From an uncultured bacterium (lineage in GTDB: Bacteria; Fermentibacterota; Fermentibacteria; Fermentibacterales; Fermentibacteraceae), in the NCBI GenBank assembly GCA_964569245.1, contig CAZMTK010000005.1, forward strand, positions 4,231 through 68,230: a stretch of 64,000 nucleotides of DNA. Reading direction: 5' to 3'. This document shows positions 29,756 through 39,488 of this stretch, piece after piece. Numbering within the stretch: position 1 is the stretch's first letter; each line of letters begins with the position of its first letter. Under the pieces are notes generated by a model. That model saw only the letters and a program-made list of their open reading frames with translations, was not told the origin of the DNA and ran no database searches. Made by a program: the position numbers and the translations under genes.

Positions 29756-29770
29756 TGTCCGTGCCAGACG

Positions 29771-31432
29771 CTACCTCCTGGTCAGCATGTCGATGACGAA
29801 GGCGAGGATCTCCCTCACCGTGTCGTCAGAGAGCGGGCCGGGGTTGTGCCCGGCAGCACTGGAGAGCTGCTCTTCCAGCCAGTTTCCGTCATAGGACTGC
29901 TCCATGCGCGACATGGTCTGGCGACGGTGGTTGAGAAGACGGACCAGCTCGATGTCCGTCCTGAGGATGTCCGCCTTCGGATCCGCACCGGCGGGGGCCC
30001 TGCCGAGCACCGCCCTGTCGATCTTCCCCGCGGGGGTCCTCGGCAGATCGTCCACGAAGTGGAAGGTTCTGGGAATCTTGAACTCCTCGAGATGGTTCCG
30101 CAGAAACCTCCTGAGCTCCTGAGGCGACAGCGACGCTCCAGGCCGTTCGGCCACCCAGGCCGACACTGTCTCTCCGCGTGACGGGTGGTCCTCACCGGCA
30201 ACGGCCGCGTCGGCTACTCCGGGATGCCGCAGAAGGGCCAGCTCGACTTCGAGGGGATGCACCTTGAGGCCGGCGGACTTGATGAGGCCGCTGACCCTTC
30301 CGACGAAATGGAGACGGCCGTCCTCGCGCCGGAAGACGTCACCCGTTCTGAACCAGCCGTTCACGAAGGCTGCCTCGGTGGATGCGCAGTCACCTGCATA
30401 TCGAGAGACCACGCCCTCACCGGAGACCCACAGCTCCCCCTCGCCATCCTCGACGACGGCACCGTCGGCATCGCGCAGCTCGACGCTGTATCCCTCGACC
30501 ACCCGCGTAAAGCCCTCCCTGCCAGGAGCGCCGGCAAGCACTACGCCCGAGGTCTCGGTGCTTCCCCATACCGCGGTCGCCTCGATTCCCGCCAGCGATC
30601 CGAAGAGCGTCGCGAACTCGTTCGAGAAGTGCATCCCGCCCGCTTCCACCAGCTTCAGCGTGGAGATGTCCGCATCGTCCCGGCTGCAGATCCTCGCCAG
30701 GCCCTCCAGTTGCGGCGGCAGACCCATCAGAGCCGTCACGCCGTGCCTCCCGATCAGCCCGAGAGCCTCTCGCGGATAGCGGCACTCGGTGAGCACCGAC
30801 GCCCCGCCGAGGAGGATTCCTCTCGCGAAGATCTCGTGCGGGTGGCTTGTGGATGAGAAGAGGGACATGTGTACGTCGGAGCCGTCCAGACCGAGGGTGC
30901 TGCACACGCCCCTCGTGTTCGCGAGGAGGTTGGCGTGAGTGGTGCATGCGATCCTCGGCGTGCCGGTGGAAGCCGAAGTGACGTTCAGATAGACCTCTGA
31001 GTCGGGGTCCGCTGCAGGCGCAGCGGCAGGCTCCCTTGCGTCGCCCTCGAACACTGCACCTGGGTCCAGCCGTAGAACCGGATGGACGGCCCAGAAGGAC
31101 GGTGCGTCGGGCATGGCCAGAACGAAGCATCTCCCGAGGATTCCGGATATCTTCGCGGAGACAGCGTCATGCCAGTCGGCGCTTCCGGCGAGGAACCTTG
31201 CTCCGAGAAGCGAGACCGCAGTCATGGAGACCGGAAGCTCGGCGGCCTTCGCGCAGAACGACACGACCGCGTCGCCGGGCCTGACTCCGAAGTCGTGGAG
31301 CATTGCAGCCAGCCTGAGTGCGGAAGCCTGCCATGCCCCCCAGGCGAGATCCCGCCTGTCGTCGTGGAGCGCCGCCGAATCGGGGCGCTCCACGGCGTGC
31401 GAGGCGACCAGGCCGTGCAGCGTCAGGCGCAC
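29771..31432 (-). CDS. ANL-superfamily adenylate-forming enzyme (acyl/aryl-CoA ligase-like) with ~65-aa C-terminal helical tail
   Basis: 'SASTGTPR' AMP-binding motif, 'GSTET', 'FRTGD' and 'PRTPAGKIDR' motifs; an extra tail 'ILRTDIELVRLLNHRRQ...VREILAFVIDMLTRR' follows; the gene ends at a TAG in the same frame as DAHP synthase. Confidence 0.7.
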   Translation of the reverse strand: MRLTLHGLVASHAVERPDSAALHDDRRDLAWGAWQASALRLAAMLHDFGVRPGDAVVSFCAKAAELPVSMTAVSLLGARFLAGSADWHDAVSAKISGILGRCFVLAMPDAPSFWAVHPVLRLDPGAVFEGDAREPAAAPAADPDSEVYLNVTSASTGTPRIACTTHANLLANTRGVCSTLGLDGSDVHMSLFSSTSHPHEIFARGILLGGASVLTECRYPREALGLIGRHGVTALMGLPPQLEGLARICSRDDADISTLKLVEAGGMHFSNEFATLFGSLAGIEATAVWGSTETSGVVLAGAPGREGFTRVVEGYSVELRDADGAVVEDGEGELWVSGEGVVSRYAGDCASTEAAFVNGWFRTGDVFRREDGRLHFVGRVSGLIKSAGLKVHPLEVELALLRHPGVADAAVAGEDHPSRGETVSAWVAERPGASLSPQELRRFLRNHLEEFKIPRTFHFVDDLPRTPAGKIDRAVLGRAPAGADPKADILRTDIELVRLLNHRRQTMSRMEQSYDGNWLEEQLSSAAGHNPGPLSDDTVREILAFVIDMLTRR

Positions 31433-31439
31433 CGCCCGC

Positions 31440-32561
31440 CTACTCTATCTTGCTGCCGCATTCCGGGCAGAACTTGCTGCCCTGAGGGATCTCGGCATTG
31501 CACTTGGGGCAGGCGGCAGAGGTCTTCGAGCCGCACTCGGGGCAGAACTTGGCCCCGTTCGCGAGCGCGGCACCGCACTTGGGGCAGACCCTGCCCATGG
31601 GCTTGCCGCACTCGGGGCAGAACTTCGCCGGCGGCACCTGCTTCGAGCAGTTGGGACACACCACCAGGGCGGCGCCGACAGCGGCCTGCCCCGAGCCTCC
31701 CTGCTGCTGGAACATGCTGCCTGCCATCATCTGGGCCATAGCGGCCCCCATGCCCACGCCTGCACCAAGGCCGACGCCCGTCGCGGCGCCTCCGCCTCCG
31801 GCCGTGTTCTGAGCAGCGTCGCTGACTGCCGTGGCGGTCTTGTAGCGCATGTAGTCGTTCACGCCGAGGGCCGCCATCGAGGTCCTCTCGTCGATGCGCT
31901 TCTGCACTTCGTCGGGGGGAGTTATGGCGTTGATGTAGAAGTCCACCAGCTGGAGGCCGTACTTCTCGAAGTCGTCGGCCAGACGGGCCTTGCCCAGCGT
32001 GGCTATCTCGTCGTACTTGGCGGCGAGGTCGAAGATGCTCTGGAGGGATTCGCCCAGAAGGTCGGCGAGCCTCGATATGATGATGCCCTTGAGGAAGCCC
32101 TCTACGGCCTCGGCGGTGTAGCGTCCTTCGGTACCCACCATCTTGTTGACGAAGAGCTGGCTCTGCGACACGCGGATCGAGAACTGGCCGAAGGCCCTTA
32201 GCCTAACCATCGCCAGTTCCTTGTCGCGGAAGATGATGGGCTCCTTGGTCCCCCACTTCATGTCGGTGAAGGTCTTCTTGTTGACGTAGTACACTTCGGC
32301 GCGGAACGGTGACCCGTCGCCGGAGAAAGCCATGCCGGCAAGCTCGGCGAGGAAGGGGATGTTCTGGGTCGTGAGCGTGTGTCTCCCTGGTCCGAGAGCG
32401 TCCATGGCCTTGCCGTCGCGGAAGAAGACCGCCTCCTGGCTCTCTCGCACCACGAGCTGGCTGCCGATGCGGAACTCGCCGGACCCGCTCTCCGGCACTC
32501 GGTGGACGATCTCCTTGCCGGTATCGTCCAGCCATTCGATTATGTCGGGCCGCTTTACCAT
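31440..32561 (-). CDS. SPFH (band 7/stomatin-like) domain protein with three C-terminal double-zinc-ribbon repeats
   Basis: N-terminal SPFH-like region; a Gly/Ala/Met-rich linker; three tandem CPxC-(x)n-FCPECG motifs. Confidence 0.7.
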   Translation of the reverse strand: MVKRPDIIEWLDDTGKEIVHRVPESGSGEFRIGSQLVVRESQEAVFFRDGKAMDALGPGRHTLTTQNIPFLAELAGMAFSGDGSPFRAEVYYVNKKTFTDMKWGTKEPIIFRDKELAMVRLRAFGQFSIRVSQSQLFVNKMVGTEGRYTAEAVEGFLKGIIISRLADLLGESLQSIFDLAAKYDEIATLGKARLADDFEKYGLQLVDFYINAITPPDEVQKRIDERTSMAALGVNDYMRYKTATAVSDAAQNTAGGGGAATGVGLGAGVGMGAAMAQMMAGSMFQQQGGSGQAAVGAALVVCPNCSKQVPPAKFCPECGKPMGRVCPKCGAALANGAKFCPECGSKTSAACPKCNAEIPQGSKFCPECGSKIE

Positions 32562-32581
32562 GTCTTCTTACCTTCCCCGGT

Positions 32582-33151
32582 CTAGTCCATCGGTTTGTTG
32601 TGCTCGAGGTCGATCATGAGGTCGCTCCTCGAGGACACCTTGTCGCTCATGGCCATTAGCATGCTTACTATTCCGCTGACGTGCCCGGCGATGGGCTTCT
32701 GGGCCGAGGCGTCCGTGGAAAGGGCTGTCACGGCCTCCTCGATGGCCTGGATGTCCTCGGCGAGGGCCACGTCGAACTCGTACAGCCTGTCCAGCTCGTC
32801 CTCCTGGACCTTGTGCATGTCGAACCACCCGCGGTAGCCCCTGTCCGCGAAGCGGATCTCGTCGGTGAGCTTCTCCAGGCGCTTCTGGAGCCTGTCGAGG
32901 TCGCCCACGCTTTCGAGCGCCGCCGGGCCTCTCAGGCCGTTGACCACCTCGTTCACGTCGGTCCGCACCCTGTCGAGCCTCTCCACCAGCATCATGCGAA
33001 GGAGGTGGTCGTTGTCGCGCCGCTCCTCCTTGCGCTTGTACCCCTTGTAGCCGGGTATGAGCCTGATGGCCTTCTCCAGGATGTTAAGGCTCCTGCCCTC
33101 TTCACCCATCGTCACCCTCCCTTTCTCGGCCGCTCTGAACACCAGATGCAA
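32582..33151 (-). CDS. Hypothetical coiled-coil protein
   Basis: 189-aa ORF, charged/heptad-rich, immediately upstream of the SPFH gene; no recognisable motif. Confidence 0.4.
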   Translation of the reverse strand: MHLVFRAAEKGRVTMGEEGRSLNILEKAIRLIPGYKGYKRKEERRDNDHLLRMMLVERLDRVRTDVNEVVNGLRGPAALESVGDLDRLQKRLEKLTDEIRFADRGYRGWFDMHKVQEDELDRLYEFDVALAEDIQAIEEAVTALSTDASAQKPIAGHVSGIVSMLMAMSDKVSSRSDLMIDLEHNKPMD

Positions 33152-33173
33152 GATAAGCCTGCGCCATTCACCG

Positions 33174-34178
33174 TCAATGAGCCCCGCCCGACCTCGCCAG
33201 CCGGATGTTGGCCGCGTGTCCCGCCGCAGTCGAGGCGAACAGGTGCGCTCCGCTGCCGTCCATCCTGCTCACGAAGAACAGATATCCCCCGGAGGTGTCC
33301 GGGTGCACCACCGCCGCCAGCGACGAGGTGCCCGGCGAGCAGATGGGGCCCGGCGGAAGCCCTGCGTGGACATAGGTGTTCCAGGGGCTGTCCGTCCTCG
33401 TGTCGGCGAAGCTGAGGTTCTCGCGCACCTCGCCGAGAGCGTACTGCACGGTCGCACAGCTCTCCAGCCTCATCCCGAGGCGGAGCCTGCGCAGAAACAC
33501 GCCGGCTACGACGGGCCTCTCCTCGTCGAGCCTGGCCTCCCTTTCCACGATCGAGGCCAGGATGACGGCCTCGTGCCTCGAGAGGCCCAGGGACTCGAGC
33601 GCTGCGTCCCAGGCCGGGTCCCATCTTCTCTCGAAGGTCTTGAACAGCCTCGCTACCACCTCGCGGGCGGTCAGGCTGTCGGCCATCTCGTAGGTCTCGG
33701 GGAAAAGGTAGCCCTCTGCTCCCGGCAGGCCGAGGGAGTCGAGAAGGGCTCTGTCGCAGACCGCGGCGACCAGACTGTCCTCGGGAATGTCGAGGCTCGA
33801 GGACAGCGTCGCAACGGCTTCATCGAGCGTCAGACCCTCGGGAATGGTCACCCAGCGGGTCGGAACGGGGATAACCTCCCCCCTGGCGATGATGCGCAGG
33901 ATGCTGTCGGGGGGCATGGATGCGTCGAGCATGTAGCGCCCGGCCTGGAAGCAGCCGGAGAGGCCGAGGCGATGGGCCCTCCAAAGAGCATAGAGCGACG
34001 ACCGCACCAGGCCGGAATCCTCCAGCGCGGAGGCCATCCGGCGTGCGCTCCATCCCCGCTCGACACTGAACAGGACTTCGCGGGAGCCTCCCGGGGGGCT
34101 CGAGGCCCAGCGGAGGACGGCCAGCGATGCCGCCGTGAGCGCCGCCAGGACCGCGAGCAAGAAAAGGATGCGCTTCAC
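33174..34178 (-). CDS. mltG: Endolytic murein transglycosylase MltG (YceG family)
   Basis: N-terminal TM anchor and YceG-like motifs ('FPETYE', 'LASIVEREA', 'SPWNTY', 'GLPPGPICSPG'); ATGA overlap with ruvX. Confidence 0.8.
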   Translation of the reverse strand: MKRILFLLAVLAALTAASLAVLRWASSPPGGSREVLFSVERGWSARRMASALEDSGLVRSSLYALWRAHRLGLSGCFQAGRYMLDASMPPDSILRIIARGEVIPVPTRWVTIPEGLTLDEAVATLSSSLDIPEDSLVAAVCDRALLDSLGLPGAEGYLFPETYEMADSLTAREVVARLFKTFERRWDPAWDAALESLGLSRHEAVILASIVEREARLDEERPVVAGVFLRRLRLGMRLESCATVQYALGEVRENLSFADTRTDSPWNTYVHAGLPPGPICSPGTSSLAAVVHPDTSGGYLFFVSRMDGSGAHLFASTAAGHAANIRLARSGGAH

Positions 34179-34561
34179 GGCATCCCCAGGTGTCTCTTCA
34201 GAAGCACCGCGGCCGCGGCCGAGTCGAAACGGCCGTCCCGTCTGTCCTTCACGCCGGCATCCCTTGCTTCGGCCGACGTGCCGACCTCGCTCTCGAGAAC
34301 GACATCCAGCCCCGCTCCAGCCAGGTAGGCCGCCAGACGCTCCACTTCGCGCGACAGGGCCGTGTGCCTGCCGAAGGCTGAGAGCGGCAGCCCGAGAACG
34401 ACTGGCCCTTCGCCGTGTTCCGACATGAGGGCCCTCATCCTCTCGAGGAGCCCGCTCCAGTCCTCCCCGACCAGCGGATCGAGCGGAATCGCCAGCCCTC
34501 CTATCAGAGCGGCGATCCCGGTCCTCACTCGCCCGTAGTCCACGGCATATACGGTGCTCAG
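34175..34561 (-). CDS. ruvX: Putative pre-16S rRNA nuclease / Holliday-junction resolvase-like YqgF
   Basis: 'YAVDYGRVRTGIAA...PVVLGLPLS...SEVGTSAEA' RuvX pattern; no ATG/GTG/TTG start; CTG at 34561 overlaps the upstream TGA (CTGA). Confidence 0.6.
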   Translation of the reverse strand: MSTVYAVDYGRVRTGIAALIGGLAIPLDPLVGEDWSGLLERMRALMSEHGEGPVVLGLPLSAFGRHTALSREVERLAAYLAGAGLDVVLESEVGTSAEARDAGVKDRRDGRFDSAAAAVLLKRHLGMP

Positions 34562-36231
34562 AAGTCCCTCCTCGAGAAGCTCACGACTGCGAGCCGCATG
34601 GACGCCAGGGAGACCACTGCGGTCACGGGCACCATCACGGCGGCCAGGACGAGAAGAGGCCCTGTCATGGCGCGCTCCCTGAAGCCCTCGGCCAGATAGG
34701 CCCTCGTGGCGAACGAGAGTGCGGAGACCATCATGAGCACGAAGCCCATGGAAGCGAATGCGGCCACTATGCCTCCCTGGCTGCTCGCGATGCTCGCCGC
34801 GCTGTTGTCGCCGAACCTGGGGAAGACCGACCCCAGGGAGATGTTGATGCTCGACAGCGCGAATGCGGTCAGCAGGATCGCTCCGACCGTCTCGATGATC
34901 AGGATGTGTCCGGCTCCGAGCCTCGACGCCACGACGACGCCCGCCGTCATCATCAGGGGAAGCACCGAGAGCAGGGCCTGGAGCCACTTCGCACGCAGAA
35001 CGGTTCGCCTGGCGCGGGGAACCTGCATGACGAACAGGAGGCCGGGCCCCTCGAGGCTGATCGAGGGGAAGCTGAACCTCACGAGCAGCGTTGCCATGAC
35101 GAATCCCATGAATGACACGTTCATGAAGATGGCGACACCCAGCCAGATCCTCTGGGAGAAGTCGAAGGAGAAGCGGCTGAGGTTCGCCGTGTACATGACG
35201 AACAGGCCGGCCAGGAGGCCCAGCTGGCTCAGCTGGACTGGATCCCTCAGGAAGAGGAGGATGTCCTTCTCGAACAGGGCCCTGGCGAAGCCTCCGTGCA
35301 TCAGGCACTTCGACGAGCGGCTCCTGCCCCCCTCCCCCGCCACGGCTGAATGCCGCTTCCTGAAGCCGGGGCAGACCAGCCACATGGCGGCTATCGAGGC
35401 GAGGAGCGCCTCGCCTGTCAGGAGCAGCCCCGCCCTCAGCGCGAAGCCGCGGTTGAGCGGATTGGCCGACTGCGATAGAACGGTTCCAAGCAGCGCGTGA
35501 GGCCAGGGCGAGTGCCCCGCGGCGGGGAGGCCGGCCACGAACCTCTCCACTGCCGCGAGGTTCGAGCTGCCTTCGTCGGGAATGACAACCGCGTCGGGCT
35601 TCATCCCCTGGAAGAAGAGGAGGAGACCGATCGCGGACAGCACTACGACTCCACCGACCCCCCTGCGAAGTCCGCTCATCGTGCCCAGCCTGGACAGCAG
35701 CGACATCACGATGGTGCCGGCCGAGACCGAGACGATGACGAAGGGCACCAGCGCGACGGCGCCGGCCGCAGCGGTGAGCGCAGGGGGTCTCCCGACGACG
35801 GATGCGAAGGCGGCGATTACGGGGACTCCCAGCAGGATGGTGGACCACCCCGCGTAGAACCAGCTCTCCGCAACCCTGAACGCCGCGACTGGAGCGGTCC
35901 GGAAGGGCATGCTCAGGAGCAGGGCCGTCTCGCTCGACCTGAACAGCGTAGAGATGCCGCTGATCATCGACGATACGGCGAGGAAGACGGTGAAGGCCAT
36001 GAAGGCCGACGAGAGCAGCCTGGCAGCGAGGGCGACGCCGAAATCAGGATCCTCCAGCCCGACCAGCCTGAGGAACAGGAACCTGAAGAGGAGGTACATC
36101 GAAGGAGCTATTATCCCGAGGGTCACCGCGCCGGCGACCACCTTGAGCCTGTTCCCCTGCCACATGGACGCGACGGCCCCGGCGGCCGAGCGGGCCTTCA
36201 CGCAGGCGAGGATCCACAGAGTCGAGATCAC
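34558..36231 (-). CDS. Large polytopic membrane protein (ABC-2/exporter-permease-like, function unknown)
   Basis: 557 aa with more than 10 predicted TM helices; first gene of the ruvX-mltG operon. Confidence 0.5.
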   Translation of the reverse strand: MISTLWILACVKARSAAGAVASMWQGNRLKVVAGAVTLGIIAPSMYLLFRFLFLRLVGLEDPDFGVALAARLLSSAFMAFTVFLAVSSMISGISTLFRSSETALLLSMPFRTAPVAAFRVAESWFYAGWSTILLGVPVIAAFASVVGRPPALTAAAGAVALVPFVIVSVSAGTIVMSLLSRLGTMSGLRRGVGGVVVLSAIGLLLFFQGMKPDAVVIPDEGSSNLAAVERFVAGLPAAGHSPWPHALLGTVLSQSANPLNRGFALRAGLLLTGEALLASIAAMWLVCPGFRKRHSAVAGEGGRSRSSKCLMHGGFARALFEKDILLFLRDPVQLSQLGLLAGLFVMYTANLSRFSFDFSQRIWLGVAIFMNVSFMGFVMATLLVRFSFPSISLEGPGLLFVMQVPRARRTVLRAKWLQALLSVLPLMMTAGVVVASRLGAGHILIIETVGAILLTAFALSSINISLGSVFPRFGDNSAASIASSQGGIVAAFASMGFVLMMVSALSFATRAYLAEGFRERAMTGPLLVLAAVMVPVTAVVSLASMRLAVVSFSRRDF

Positions 36232-36322
36232 GGGGGGAACATAGCAGAGAGCCGCCCGGACGACACTCTGGACCTCCTGAGGATGCCAGGGGTAGATTCA
36301 CGCTCATGGAGGTCTAGAGGGC

Positions 36323-36745
36323 GTGAAATGCAGGAGCTGCGGCGCGGACTCGCTGGAAAGGAGCGGCGAAACATACGTATGTGCCTACTGCCGCTCGATC
36401 TATCAGAAGCGCGAGGTCGAGCAGGCTGCTTCCGTTCCGGAGAGCGTGATCGTTCGAGAGGTCAGGGAGATAAGGCATGTCCGCGACCCCGACCGCCTGG
36501 GCCTTCTCCTGGGATGCGCATGCTGGCTGGTTTTCCCGCTCGCATGGATCATCTGGGCCGTTTCGCTCCGCACGCATCCGAGGCGCGCCAGGGGCGCTCT
36601 GGTCGTCGCCTTGGTGCAGACGGCCCTCATAGGCACTTCGATGCTGGCTTCGATGATGGGCGGAGACACGGGCGGCGTTGTCGGCAGGGGCATTCTGGGC
36701 CCTCTCCGGCTCGGCCTGCCCGAGTTCGGGGAGATGCTGCGATAG
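36323..36745 (+). CDS. Small zinc-ribbon membrane protein
   Basis: GTG start; 'CRSCGADS...YVCAYCRS' CxxC...CxxC motif followed by two hydrophobic helices. Confidence 0.45.
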   Translation: MKCRSCGADSLERSGETYVCAYCRSIYQKREVEQAASVPESVIVREVREIRHVRDPDRLGLLLGCACWLVFPLAWIIWAVSLRTHPRRARGALVVALVQTALIGTSMLASMMGGDTGGVVGRGILGPLRLGLPEFGEMLR

Positions 36746-36815
36746 GACACAGGGGAGCCGGGAGGTGTCAGACCGCATTCCCGGCCCGATTCCCCGTTTC
36801 GAACGGAGATGCATC

Positions 36816-38399
36816 ATGCGTATGTCCATGCTGCTCGCCGCCGCGCTGACGGCGCTCGTAGCCCCTTCAGGTGCGGCGCAGGAATCCGGACCCGCGGGCG
36901 GAGATCTCGTCGTCATAGAAGGCGACATCAGGGCGCTCTCCGGAGAGCCGTGGATGGACGGCTTCACTCCCCTGTTCCGCTCGCAGGACTTCTTCATCGC
37001 AACAGGCGATCATCGCTCGATACCCGCCGGCACGGAGTCGGAAGTGCTCGTCCCGGGGCCGGTCGAGCCCTCCGACTTCCTGCTGGTCCATCTCCGCAGG
37101 GGAGCCGGAACCGAGGGTCTCGGGATGCTCGGCGAACCCGTGCTCATGCGCGGAGACATCGCGGTCGTGCGGCAGGGGCCGGCCTGCGACCCCTTCCTCA
37201 TGCCCGACTGCGTGTTCTTCGCCATGCCTCTCCGCCCGATCCTCGAACCCCGCATGCCCTTCGACAGGACCTTCGAGCCGCAGGACGGGATGATCGAAGA
37301 CATCGTGTCAGCCGTCAGCGAGGACAGCATCAAGGCCGTAATCCAGCACCTCGAAGACTACGGGACGCGCCTCTGCATCCTTCCCCAGTACGACCAGGCG
37401 GCGCAGTGGGCCGACGACTGGTTCGGATTCCACTGGATACCCTGCGAGCTGCAGCCCTTCGTCTTCTACGGTGATTCGATGAGCAACGTCGTGGCCGAGA
37501 TCCCCGGCCAGGAGAACCCCGACGTCATCTACATAGTCTGCGGCCACCTCGACTCCATAGTGTGGCCTTACAACGGATCTGCTCCAGGCGCCGACGACAA
37601 CGCCAGCGGCGTCGCGGGAGTCCTCGAAGCGGCCAGGGTCCTGGCCCTCTACGATTTCAAGTACACCATCAGGTTCATCTGCTTCGGCGCCGAGGAGGCC
37701 GGCCTGATCGGCAGCGACATCTATGCGGCTTCCGCGTACTCGGCCGGCGACGACATCCAGGGAGTGGTGAACCTCGACATGGTTCTCTACGCGCCTCCCG
37801 GATCGGACACCCTGTGGGTTCCCTACGACAGCCAGTCGCAGGCCCTCGCCGAGTTCGTCCAGGCCGCGGCTGCGACATACGTCCCTGCCCTGAACATGGT
37901 GATCGAATACGATCCGTCGGCCACCTACAGCGACCACGCATCGTTCTGGGACTACGGATACTCCGCTGTGCTGGGGATCGAGATGGATGTCGACAACAAT
38001 CCCTACTACCACCAGGAGACGGACCTGCTCGCGAACTATTCGGGATACTGGCCCTTCGGAACCAACAGCATCAGGGGGGCGATTGCGGCCGTAGCCGCGC
38101 TCGCCGAACCGATAGGACCCTCTGGAACCGGGGGCGGATCTCCGGCGGCGCCAGCCTCCATCTCCATCACTCCGAATCCGGGAACAGGCTTGTTCTCCGT
38201 GCTCATCACCGGCGGAATGCCGGGCGATGCGGGCATGGAGGTGGTCGATCTGTCCGGCAGGCTGGTCTGGAGCGCGACCGCTCTGAGCACGGGATCTCCC
38301 TTCGAGGCGGACCTGTCCGGTCTCCCTGCTGGAGTCTATCTGGTCCGCTGGACGCAGGGGGCTTCGACGGGGACATCGCGACTGGTCAAGCTGCAGTAG
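36816..38399 (+). CDS. M28-family aminopeptidase with T9SS C-terminal sorting domain
   Basis: Signal peptide MRMSMLLAAALTALVAPSGAAQ; 'HLDS', 'DDNASGVAGVLE' and 'FGAEEAG' metal-ligand motifs; C-terminal '...AGVYLVRWTQGASTGTSRLVKLQ' T9SS CTD. Confidence 0.75.
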   Translation: MRMSMLLAAALTALVAPSGAAQESGPAGGDLVVIEGDIRALSGEPWMDGFTPLFRSQDFFIATGDHRSIPAGTESEVLVPGPVEPSDFLLVHLRRGAGTEGLGMLGEPVLMRGDIAVVRQGPACDPFLMPDCVFFAMPLRPILEPRMPFDRTFEPQDGMIEDIVSAVSEDSIKAVIQHLEDYGTRLCILPQYDQAAQWADDWFGFHWIPCELQPFVFYGDSMSNVVAEIPGQENPDVIYIVCGHLDSIVWPYNGSAPGADDNASGVAGVLEAARVLALYDFKYTIRFICFGAEEAGLIGSDIYAASAYSAGDDIQGVVNLDMVLYAPPGSDTLWVPYDSQSQALAEFVQAAAATYVPALNMVIEYDPSATYSDHASFWDYGYSAVLGIEMDVDNNPYYHQETDLLANYSGYWPFGTNSIRGAIAAVAALAEPIGPSGTGGGSPAAPASISITPNPGTGLFSVLITGGMPGDAGMEVVDLSGRLVWSATALSTGSPFEADLSGLPAGVYLVRWTQGASTGTSRLVKLQ

Positions 38400-38943
38400 G
38401 AGTCCGCCGGCAGGGCCTTCTTCGACGCACTTCCGGAGGCTTCTCCCCCGCAGCCCGGTCCAGGCCGTGCGGGGGCGGGCCTTCCGCGGCAGACCGCGAA
38501 GCGTATGAGGAAGAGGCACGGGGGGCTTGACGGGCTGGAGCGGCTGAGCCGCCCGGGCGTGCTATGTCATCATGCCGGCCCGGATGCCTCCCTGGGATCG
38601 TCAGCTCGACCTCCGCATCAGGCATCCTCATCGCGGAGAAGAACGAGTCGATCCAGTTCCTGTCGATCCTCATCCGAGGCTGGATCGGGGTCTCCCAGAC
38701 GCTGCCCGGGAGCATCCAGAAGGAGCGCTTCTGTACCAGCCTGCCAGTCGGCAGAACGCCGTCGGGAGAGGTGACGGGGACCAGCCAGGATGCAGGGCGG
38801 CCCGTGAACGAGCTGGATCAGATGTTCGTCCACTCTCCAGCCGGAAATCCTGTCTTTCTCGCACCTGGCAGCCCTGTCACATCATCCTCCCGGATCGGAA
38901 CCCGGCATCCCCTCCGGGCGACGAAGGCCGCAGAAGAAGTCCC

Positions 38944-39360
38944 TCAGGCATTCAGATCCGGGAGCCGGTCGGGACCGGCGCCCCTCGTCTCCAGAGGGCT
39001 CAGGGGCTGCCATGCTCCCATCGCCTCGGTGCCCAGGAACTGGTGAAGCTTGGCCGTGAAGCCGCCGCCGAGGGGTATGCAGGTGAACACGAAGAGCCGG
39101 CGACCGAAATCGAAGATCCCGGCCGTGGCAGTTCCGCCTGCACGGGCTGCGGCGGCAGGGCATCCGGAGTGCATGGCGGAGTCTCCCAGACTCTCCCAGC
39201 ACGACATGCCGCGGAGATCCTCTCCGGGCCTTCCCACGTCGGCGCTGAAGCGGCTGTTGTGCCAGACGATCCGGTGATCTCCGTCGATGATCATCACGGC
39301 GTAGGCCGTTCCGTCGCGCACGAGGCTGCCGAGCCTGTCCAGGAGCACCGATGGTTCCAT
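38944..39360 (-). CDS. Small standalone PAS-like domain protein
   Basis: 'YAVMIIDGDHRIVWHNSRFSADVG' PAS-like fold signature; 138 aa. Confidence 0.4.
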   Translation of the reverse strand: MEPSVLLDRLGSLVRDGTAYAVMIIDGDHRIVWHNSRFSADVGRPGEDLRGMSCWESLGDSAMHSGCPAAAARAGGTATAGIFDFGRRLFVFTCIPLGGGFTAKLHQFLGTEAMGAWQPLSPLETRGAGPDRLPDLNA

Positions 39361-39488
39361 CCGAGTCCCTTCGTCAGGCGACCCCATCCGTGCTTCAGAC
39401 AGGCCGCACGCGACTCCCTCCGCGGCCTGCCATCAAAAGATACGGAGCCGGGAGCCTCGAGGGAAGGGGCAGAGCCATGAGCGGAGCT

